Source: Vicugna vicugna (taxonomy: Eukaryota). From it: a stretch of DNA of 64,000 nucleotides. How positions within the stretch are numbered: the first letter of the stretch is position 1; every line of letters begins with the position of its first letter. Under the pieces are notes generated by a model, which had not been told where the DNA came from, did not search any database, and saw only the letters and a program-made list of their open reading frames with translations. The DNA lies in contig MU058054.1 in the NCBI GenBank assembly GCA_013265495.1, positions 558,001-622,000 of the forward strand. The letters are read 5' to 3'. The position numbers and the translations under genes were made by a program. Below are positions 53,960 to 64,000 of the stretch, one piece after another.

Positions 53960-54538
53960 TTGGCTGCCCGGTAACTTTGTCCGCAAGTTCCAGGTAGTGA
54001 TATCCCAAACTTCCTTTCAGGAACTGTCCCTAGCCTATTCTTAGCTATGCAAGTTGATTGAGAGTGACTCCACCCTCAGATCTAAGCACGAGCCCCTGGT
54101 GAGCAAAGCCATACCCTGGCCACAGTGATTGTCTCAGGAGGAGCACATGACCCAATTAGGCCAATGAGGTGTCAGGAAGCACTTGCTGGGTTCTTCTGAG
54201 CAAGAAGCTTTATGATCTTCTGACAATGCTACCTGGTGAGATGTTCTGTCTTCTTATGATCTTGACCAAGGATAAGCTCTAGGAGCTACTTGACCAAGGA
54301 CAAGTTCCAGGAGCCGCTGGCAGCTCATGGTGCAGCCTTGAGGACAGTCAGCCTTAGGATGGAGCGAACATTATGCACAGTGCAGAGGGCAGACGGTACT
54401 GGGTGGTGTTGAGCCTTGTCCGATGCCAGCGTCAATCTCTGGGTTTTCAGTTAGCTGAGATAATACATCCTCTTTATTTTTAAAGCCATTTTGAGTTAGA
54501 TTTCTTGTTACTTGAACATTAAACATGTTAAACTGATA
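53960..54538 (+). mobile_element. Old MaLR (MLT1-type) LTR
   Basis: ctggccacagtgattg...gcacatgacccaattaggccaatga...ttttcagttagctgagataata...aagccattttgagttagatttcttgttacttg...aactgatac. Confidence 0.75.
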
Positions 54539-54599
54539 CGAATGGGTGGGCCACACCATGCACCCACAATCTGTGCTGGACATTTAAGTCAGCAAAAGC

Positions 54600-57500
54600 T
54601 CTGATCGCTCTGTGCACTGGTTATTTTCATTCTGCAAATCAGTAGTGAAGTTTTCACTCATCCCTTTCCATTTAGACCATTAGCGATCGTCCCTCTTTAG
54701 AGTGCAAAAATATGCTGAGGGGATGGAGAAAAAAGTGAAAATGTCTCCAGCAAGTCGTAAACTACTTCCCACACCTACTTAAAGTTTAAGGACTGCCTTA
54801 ATACTCCATGTTTAATTGTTAATTGAGAATTTAAAAATCGAAAATGCCAACTTTGCCTTCGATGAGATGGAAAATTATGCTGCCGTGGAAGGTAACATAA
54901 TGTAAAACAGCCAACATTACCAAGGCACACAAATGTTTTTGGTATGTAAAATTGCTTTGTAAAATATTTGCTCCATCTGCTGAAAGCGGCAAAGACAATT
55001 TTCCCGTGATCGCTAATGGCCCATTTCGGCTGTGTGGCAAGTGATTCGCTGTGGTGGCGGCTCTCATTAAACAGAATGGTGAAAATGCGGTATATAATTC
55101 CATACTTATGTAGCATCATCCACGCGCTGCTTCTCGAGGAGTCTGTCCCTCATTATCCAGGCCTCCACCTTGCACCAACACGCGGGCCTAGCGAGTTGAT
55201 TTGACTCGAGAAGCGTTTTGTCCAACTGAGGCACATATGTCGCGCCTCCATTCCAAAGCTCAGCACAACTGCTTCACCCCGACCAGAAACGCTGGCAAGG
55301 TTCATTCCCTTTCAGCTTCTCAGCTCTTAAACTGCTGTTTCTTTTTTCCCCTCTCCACGGGGGGCCATGAGTTTCTTTCTAGGCTCACCCCGTCGCGCCG
55401 CATGCTGGGGCTTTCAATAGATAAAGATTAAGCATTTCTTGAAGTTCTTAATTGAACTTTGCACATACACAAAAGCAGGAAAAATTCTGCCCCCCGCGGG
55501 CCAAAGCCGCTACCGTAAAAACCCGACAAGCGCTGCCTGCCCTCGGTTCATGGTGCGTGTGGCGGTCTGTGATCTCTCCTTAAAGGAGTTGTTTACACTA
55601 CAACCCGAATCACTCCAACATCTGCTGAAGGAACAATTAAAAATAAATAACCCAGGGTGGTTTAAAAAAAGAGGAATATGTCGTGTTTGGGGAATGATAT
55701 TAAAAAGTAGTTACAACAGCAACTGGCAGATTTTTAAAAGGTATTTTTAATGTTAGCAAATGGGCGTAAAGGCAATTATATTAAACATGACTGATGTCAA
55801 GTAACAACACAGGACCGTTTTCAAGATTACACAATGTTTTAAAGCAGAAACCATGCAGTTTAAAAATCAACTAAGTGGATGTGGCCATAATTATTATTAT
55901 TGAAAACAGGTTTCTTTCTTTCCAGTTAGAGAAAGATCCCTGGCTGAGAAAACTGCATAGGCTGAAAAAACTCTTTAATTGAAAAATAAACACAAAAGAA
56001 AACACATGTGCCCTTTGGACTTGGTTTTTCATTCAAGTGATGGGGGGAGAGGGGTGAGTTCGTGGAATGAAATGAGAGACCATCAGGAGAATCTGCACTT
56101 TAATTGTATACAAAAGGCCTGGGCAAGCACATGCTTTTCTTCGTCAGAGTGAAGGGCTGCACCTTCTTTGATGTTTCCATACGTACAGACGTATATTTTT
56201 GAGGCAGATGTGATAACGCTATATATTTACCATCATCTTTTCCTACGGGCCATGCTTATTAAAATACCAGGGTAATAAATCAGTGAATTCCAAAAGTGAG
56301 GATGTTTTTTGTTTGCTCTGGCACAATTACACTGAGGTCCGGGTCTTCTCAAGGGCATCCCTCTCTCACCGAGGGGCAGGGAGGACAGACGACCAGAAGC
56401 AAATGGCGCGGTTGCCGGCAGAGGAGAGGAAAACTCGTTCTGAATCGGTTCCAAATACCCGTGCCTGCTCTGTGGCTTTCAGCAAAACAGATCTTTCCCA
56501 GAGAACTCCAACGGGGACTTCCTGGATGTGAAAACACTAACCAATTCTCGTTCCTCTCATCTTTTGCTTTATTCCTTCCTTCCACGCTGTTACTGCGAAA
56601 AACTGGCAGTTAAATTCAATTGATTCAAAATCTTCCGGATCCATATGGCCGCCAACCCTGGAGCTGAGGCGACGAGAGCGCCTCACTGCTGTTCTCAAGC
56701 ATTTGCCTCTCCCCTGGTCCCCAGATGGTGGGAGTAACATTTAAACCTCCTTTTCTCTGCCTCGTACAATAGACCTTGGCACCATTTCAACTGTTTACTC
56801 CGGTAATTAACAGCTCTGATGCCACAACAATTACAACTCCTACACTCTCACCACAATAATGCTATGAATTAGTGAGAGCTAATGGCTGGAAGGTAGAGCG
56901 TTTCCAGACTGTGAGATCTGTGCATTTTTAGAATAAAATAAAAGGTACAAACAGCACGCTTGCAGTAGACAATGATTACCTAGTAATTAGTTTACACAAA
57001 GCTTCCTATTTAATGGCAAAACGCTGTAATTAACGTGTGACAGAAAATCAAAGGGTACTTTGTAAGCATATGAAAAATTAACACTGCAGGCCCATAGCTT
57101 TATGTACTGATTAGAAGCATATTAAATCAATAGGACACACAAACCAACAGCTTGTATGGCTGATTATTATAGGTCCTCGGAAGGGGGACTCAGCTTTCAT
57201 TGAACTTGGGGAGGCAATTTGCCTTCTCCTGTCATCGTCCTCAGGCACAGAGAAGCACCTCAAACCCAGCCCGGGCAGCTTCGTGAAAATAACCGTTGAA
57301 CTGGAAGAAAACGTTCTAAGTCATTTTCAGAGATAAGGAAAAATATGTGAATGATGAAGACTTCCCAGCGATTGTGGTGACGTGCTGCTACATTAATTAG
57401 AAAAGACACCAACTGGAACCAGAAAGTGAAGCAACCGGGTTTCAATCTTGTGGTCAGAGTAATCTCCACTTTATCGGGTCAATGCCTCTTCGTTCAACAT

Positions 57501-57780
57501 ATGGAAAGTTCAAATCACTGGAGTTATTTTCTACATTCAAACGATAAGAAACCAGGCTGCTATCAAGGTTTATTCTTTTAAAGGCATCCTCTGGGTACGT
57601 CCCTGGGTGGGCACCACTGGCTCAACATTCTGTATCCTCAACAGCCCCAAACCTATAGAATGATAACTGGTGCACAAAACAATATTCTGGAAGCCTAAAG
57701 GATGCTAAAGGATCTCCTGAATCATCCTTAAAAGATTAAATCGCTTGTTCAACATTACCTGCAATTAACTGTAATGCAAT
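54600..57780. promoter_or_regulatory. Candidate conserved non-coding / enhancer cluster
   Basis: About 3 kb with no recognisable repeat, retained CpGs, and multiple TAATTA and ACAAT motifs. Conservation is inferred, not computed. Confidence 0.5.
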
Positions 57781-57794
57781 TTTATGTTTATATT

Positions 57795-57990
57795 AATAAC
57801 AAGTAGCATTTCTTGGAGTCTTACGTGCTAAGTACGTTGGGAGCCGATTCACAAGGGTTATCTCATTTAATTCTCACCACCTCCCCAGGAGACAGGTACT
57901 AATATTATTTCTCTTTACAGTAAAAGAGATGGAGGCTGGGAAAGCTAAAGTGATTTGCCCGTGGCTCCCTGCTAGTAACCTCAGTCCGCC
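57795..57990 (-). mobile_element. MIR SINE
   Basis: ttatctcatttaattctcacc...tttacagtaaaagagatggaggct...aagtgatttgccc. Confidence 0.75.
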
Positions 57991-58938
57991 TCGGCTATGG
58001 AACCCACGAAGCCAGACCACCTCCTATTCATCCTGAATCTTCAGTTGTTCAGACTAGCCTCTTCCAAACCTCATTCTGCTTAAAAGGGAGTTCACCGTGT
58101 CAGCCTGAAACATGAGACGAAAAAATGACAACAAATAAAATATGTGGTTGCTTATCCAAAAAGCCATATTTAAATACCATATTTTTAATGCTACGTCTGA
58201 TTGTGAAGATAGGCTATTTACTCCAAGCTCTGTGAGAAGTTACAGGCTCACTAAAGTGATCATGCTAGTGTATCAAGTTGAGAAAGGCATTGAAAGTTTG
58301 TCATCCCCACAGACGATCAAAGGGTGACAACTAAAACTCACTCTTACCCATGCACATAAGTAGGTTCATGAGGCCGTTAGGTGGCAAAGCTGAGTCTAGG
58401 GACACCTCGCCAGGGCTCCTGCTCTGAAATGCCAGGTGTGTGTACTGACGGCCTCCTACCACCCAGCCTGCTGGCGACAGCAACTCCCCTGTTGGCCAGG
58501 AAAGGGAAGAAATCCTAGAGCAATAGCTGCTGCCTTCCAGGGATGTTTGTGTTTCCCACGTCTCTGCAGAAAGCAGGAAATCTGCCGCGAGGGGGGAGGG
58601 CAGCTGGCCACACTGGCAGGGACCTGGGGGAGAATGCTACTCCAGGGCTTGCAAACAAGGGGTCTTTTCTAAACGGATTCAGCTCGGTGCGGCCAGGGCA
58701 CTGGGCCAGGAGGAGTGGACATGGGCTCCGAGCCAGGTGCAGGTGGTTTACTAGCTCTGTGAACTTGGGCAAGTCACTTAACTTCCCAAGCATCAGTTTC
58801 TCCGTCTGTAAAAAGAGTGATGATACTGTCCGTATCAAAGTGGTGTGGAAGTAAACGAGTCAAACTTTGGGGGTTTTCTGAGATCGAATAAGAGTGCATG
58901 TGAAGTGCTGAAATGCCTGGGACCCAGCAGGCATCCTG

Positions 58939-59104
58939 CAGTCTCCCCTCAGTATCTAGGGGGGTTGGTTCCAATACTCCCATGGATACTGAAAGTTGAG
59001 GATGCTGAAGTCCTACGTGTAAAATAGCACCACACATTTGGCCCTCTTTATCCACAGGTTCCGTATCTGCTGATCCAACCAACTATGGATCGAATATACA
59101 ACTG
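58939..59104. mobile_element. MER2/Tigger-group MITE, next to a MIR (about 58730-58930)
   Basis: cagtctcccctcagtatc...gttggttcca...ggatactgaaagttgaggatgctgaagtcc...caactgta. Confidence 0.7.
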
Positions 59105-59483
59105 TACGATGCTATTATTATTATTATTATTATTATGGAATACAGGGAAATGTCAAGACCTTACAGTGTATTCATGGATCTACAAAATGCTTAATCTCAT
59201 GTCTAGGCCAATACTCTGGCAACTACTGAATACATAAAGATAATCTAAGAAGTTGAAATTTTAAGATATAAAAATAAATATAAAAATAAATAAATAATCT
59301 TTTCATGTAGTTTAATGATTAGGGGAACATGATTCCCTAGATTTTTTTTTTAACCTAGAAAAACCTAGATTTTTCTCTTAATACCAAGATGTTGTGTTTC
59401 TGATATAAAATACAAATAATGAGGACATGAAAAAAGAATCTCTTGCTAGTAATCAAATAATAGCAATTAAAAGAGGCATTTTT

Positions 59484-61208
59484 TATGGCCATACTGCCCA
59501 AGACAATCTACAGATTTAACAAATTACCCAGGACATTTTTCACAGAACTAGAACAAACAATCCTAAAATTTACAGGGAACCACAAAAGACCCAGAATTGC
59601 CAAAGCATTACTGAAGAAAAAGAATGAAGCTGGAGGAATAACCCTCTCAGACTTCAGACAATACTACAGAGCTACAGTAATCAAAACAGCACGATCCTGG
59701 CATAAGAACAGACATATGGACCAATGGAACAGAATGGAGAGCCCAGAAATAAACCCACACCCCTATGGCCAATTAATCTTTGACAAAGGAGGCAAGAATA
59801 TACAACGGAGAAAAGTCAGTCTCTTCAGCAAGCGCTGTTGGGAAGATTGGACAGCGGCATGTAAATCAATGACATTAGAACACAACCTCACTCCACACAC
59901 AAAAATAAACTCAAAATGGCCTAAAGACTTAAATATAAGACAAGACACAATAAATATCCTAGAAGAAAACATAGGCAAAAATTCTGTGACATAAATTTTA
60001 GCAATGCTCTCCTAGGGTAGTCTACCTAGGCAATAGAAATAAGAGCAAAAATAAACAAATGGGGACTAATTAAACTTACAAGATTTGCACAGCAAAAAAA
60101 ACCATGAGCAAAACAAAACAACAACTTACAGGATGGGAGAAGAATATTTGCAAATGATGCGACTGACAAAGGCTTAATTTCCAGAATATATAAACAGCTC
60201 ATACAACTTAATAATAAAGAAACAAACAACCAAACCCAAAAATGGGCATAAGACCTAAAGAAGCAATTCTCCAGTGAAGACATACAAATGATCAATAGGC
60301 ACATGAAAAAAATGCTCCATATCACTAATTATCAGAGAAATGCAAATCAAAACTATACCAGTCAGAATGGCAAGCATTAAAAAGTCCATGAATGATAAAT
60401 GCTGGAGAAGGTGTGGAGAAAAGGGAACCCCCTACACTGCTGGTGGGAATGTAGTTTAGTGCAGCCATTATGGAAAACAGTATGGAGATTTCTCAAAAAA
60501 CTAAAAAAATTGACTTACCATATGATCCAGTAATCCCACTTCTAGGTATATATCTGGAGGGAACTCTAATTTGAAAAGCTACATGCACCCCAATGTTCAT
60601 AGCAGCACTCTATACAATAGTCAAGACATGGAAGCAACCTAATGTCCATCAACAGATGACTGGATAAAGAAGCAGTGGTATATTTATACAATGGAATACT
60701 ACTCAGCCATAAAAAAGAATAAAATAATGCCATTTGCAGCAACGTGGATGGACCTAGAGATGGTCATTCTAAGTGAAGTAAGCCAGAAAGAGAAAGAAAA
60801 ATACCATATGATATCACTGATATGTGGAATCTAAAAAAAAAAAAAAAAGAAAAGAACAAAACCTNNNNNNNNNNNNNNAAAAGAAAAGACACTAATGAAC
60901 TCATCTACAAAACAGAAACAGACTCACAGACATAGTAAACAATTTTATGGTTACCAGGAAAAGGGGGTGGGAAGGGATAAATTTGGGAGTTTGAGGCTTA
61001 CAAATGTTAGCCACTATATACAAAAATAGATTTTAAAAAAGTTTTTCTGCTGTAAAGCACAGGGAACTATGTTCATATCTTATAATAATCATATCTTATA
61101 ATAATATAATATATAATAAGTATGTATATACATGACTGGGACATTGTACTGTACACCAGAAATTGACACATTGTAACTGACTGTACTTCAATTTAAAAAA
61201 TTTGTTTA
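59484..61208 (+). mobile_element. 5'-truncated L1 (about 1.7 kb, decayed ORF2 3' part) with perfect 15-bp TSD
   Basis: ORF 59485..59994 ([12 protein letters not shown]...[20 protein letters not shown]...DQWNR). TSD aaaagaggcattttt at 59469-59483 and 61209-61223. Confidence 0.95.
60865..60878. other. Assembly gap (14 N) inside the L1 A-rich tract
   Basis: Run of n in the sequence. Confidence 0.99.
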
Positions 61209-61449
61209 AAAAGAGGCATTTTTGACATCTGAAATGAAAGTGTCAACAGTTCATAATACCCAGTGCTGGTAAGGTGGTGGTAAAACTAGTAGGCTTATTC
61301 TCTGCTACTGGCCTTGGAAATTAGTACTGCCTTCTTAGAAAGTAGTGTGGCAATATGTAACAAGAATGGTTTTCCCCTACAAGTGTGTCTTCCTTTGCTT
61401 AAGTCTTTATTCCTACTACATGAAAAGAAATTCTCCCAACTGGGAAGTA

Positions 61450-62485
61450 GTTGTTTGTTTGTTTATATTTAGCTGTATGAGCTGTTTGTATATTTTGGAA
61501 ATTAAGCCCTTGTCCTTTGTATTGTTTGCAAATATTTTTTTCCATAGATTGTCTTTTGGTTTTGTTTATGGTTTTCTTTGCTGTGCAAAAGCTTATAAGT
61601 TTGATTAGGTCCCATATGTTTATTTTTGCTTTTATTTCTTTTTTTGCCTTAGGAGATTGACCTAAGAAAACATTGCTACAATTTATAGGGAATGTTTTGC
61701 CTATGTTATCTTCTAGGAGTTATATGGTGTTATGTCTTATATTTAAGTTTTTAAGTCGTTTTGAGTTTATCTTTGTGTATCATGTGAGGGTGTGTTCTAA
61801 CTTCATTGATTTACATACATCCAGTTTTCCCAGCACCATTTGCTGACGAGACTGTCTTTTCTTCATTGTATGTTCTTGCCTCCTTTGTCAAATATTGATT
61901 GAGCATGGTGTATGGGTTTATTTCTGGGCTCTCTTTTCTGTTCCATTAATCCATATGTCTGTTTTTGTGCCAGTACCATGCTGTTTTGATGACTGTAGCT
62001 TTACAGTATTGTCTGAAGCCTGGGAGGGTTATACCTCCAGCTTTGCTCTTTTTCCTCAGGATTGCTTTGGCAATTCTGGGTCTTTTGTGATTCCATATAA
62101 ATTTTAAAATTATTTGTTCTAGTGCTCTGAAAAATATAATTTGATAGAGATTGCATTAAATCTATAGATAACTTTGGATAGTATGACCATTTTAGCAATA
62201 TTAATTCTTCCAATCCAAGAGCATGGGATATCTTTCCATTTCTTTGAATAATCTTCGATTTCCTTTATCAGTGTTTTATAGTTCTCACTATATAAATCTT
62301 TCACCTCCTTCATCAGGTTTATTCCTAAGTATTTTATTATTTTTTGATGTGATTTTTAGAAGGGATTTTTTTAGCTTTCTCTGTCTGATACTTCATTGTT
62401 AGTATAAAGAAATGCAATAGGTTTCTTTTGTTAATTTTGTATCCTGCTGCCTTGCTGAATGTTTATCAGTTCCGGTAGTTTTTTG
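61450..62485 (-). mobile_element. L1 ORF2 internal fragment, frameshifted
   Basis: ORF 62119..62313 [19 protein letters not shown]...[18 protein letters not shown] is typical L1 ORF2. Confidence 0.92.
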
Positions 62486-64000
62486 CATCAACATAGATTT
62501 TTTAAATGTAATTTCAGCTTTTCAGCATTTGTTGAGTCTGTGATTTTGTTTCAACTCTCAACTGCAACTAGTCAAATAACTCTGGTCCTCAATTAGATAG
62601 GCAGACAAAAAGATGATCTTTATATTAGATCTTTGAGTCTACATTGAATCATGCCTACATCCAAAACCAATATCTGCATAGGATGCAAGAGAATCTTAAA
62701 ACAGTTCAAACTCCCATAAACAGGACTCTTTTTAATCTGTTGCCTACAACATACCAATGAGAAAAATCATGATATCGTGTCATAAACTGCTATGCAAATG
62801 ATGCTATTTGTAAGTATTAACATAATTTAGTGCTTACAGTCATATTCTCATTTCTAATAATTCTCCCAGAATGGAGTCTTTCTCTGGACTCTTAGCCTGC
62901 AGGATAGTCTTTCATCAAGAAGCTGAAATTTTTAATAACCTGCCAGCATATGTTTTGTATGTGCCAGGCTAGGCGTGATGACACAACATCTTCATTATCC
63001 AAAAGGAACAGGTCTACAAACTGTAATAGGACATTAAAACATGCCTGTGCTCATAAAGTAACGCTTTGATGTCTAAATGTGCACCATTACGATGGTCTTC
63101 TGGAACAAAGGATAATTCTAATCCTAAATTCTCAATAGCTACCCTCAATGGAGACTGCAGCTCACTCCACTTTGATTTCACTTTGAAGGCAAAAGAATGC
63201 CAATAGTCTCCTATTAAAAAAAAAAAAAGCTATTCAAAACTACTTTATTTTTGGCTTCTAACCATACCATGGCCATAGCTAAGCACAGGTCTCAGAGCGT
63301 AACAAGATTTCTGAATAATTATTCTTCCCTAAGTTTTAAAAGCTGATTTAGATAGATTATTAATTATCGAAGTTTCACATTTAACAACATTAACAATAAT
63401 GACAAATGTATTTGCTGACAAGTTAAAATTGTGCAAGAATTGAAATTAAATAATATATAGTCAGGCTTCTAAGTGCAAGTCAACCAAATGCCAATATTTG
63501 AAATTTTTTTGAAGTTTAAAGTCAAACATTTCAAATGTATCATAGTCTAGTGTCAGGAGTGTTCTTTAAAAATTATTGGTTTGGAATATTGAGAACAGTA
63601 AATTCTTTGTACACTGCATTTCACTTTTTTAGATTAAAAAAGTTCCACTTTTTATATTTTAATCCCCATGGTTTTGCTTAAAAATTTTTTTCTTATACAG
63701 GATGAAGTAAAATCCAGTCGAAAGAGAACACAAGAGAAACCTCTGTGGGCTTCAAAATTAAATACATTTTCCTTGTTTCATTTTTTTCTAGAAGAGTAAT
63801 TCACTTTGGTATCCTTTAAATAATATGTAAAAAGCTGGCCATGACAGTTACCGCATTGAGTCCCTTCACTGATGGAGGGGGAAGAAAAGCCCAGAATAGA
63901 TCACGGGGAGAACAGGAACATTTGTCACAGGCAACTCTCCCTTCTGACTGTTCTCTGGATTTATTCGTCATCTCCTTTCACAAGAATAATGTGGTCCTCT

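Noticed and set aside
59485..59994. Longest ORF (169 aa) as a host gene
   Set aside because: It is a fragment of L1 ORF2 in a truncated copy bounded by TSDs.

Overview
Mammalian genomic DNA, not microbial. The L1 3' ends and the lack of any recognisable Alu, Bov-tA or PRE1 SINE suggest a camelid (inference). The whole window lies inside a minus-strand gene that I identify as IQCH (IQ motif containing H). Six internal coding exons read with canonical AG/GT sites and matching phases: 48393-48273, 43622-43336, 21405-21235, 12526-12404, 4346-4285 and 1778-1670. Together they give 873 nt, or 291 stop-free codons. The start and final exons are expected outside the window. The introns hold many repeats: L1 fragments (several with target-site duplications, one 5'-inverted), L2, MIR, MaLR and ERV solo LTRs, hAT/Tigger MITEs and microsatellites. 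They also hold several repeat-free, enhancer-like blocks and one strong CTCF motif. Almost all other ORFs in the track are spurious or repeat-derived. I found no convincing wholly new biological system. The best leads are a degenerate ATP-grasp-like motif set in the IQCH peptide, a candidate long-range enhancer cluster at about 54.6-57.8 kb, and two antisense solo LTRs beside an exon.
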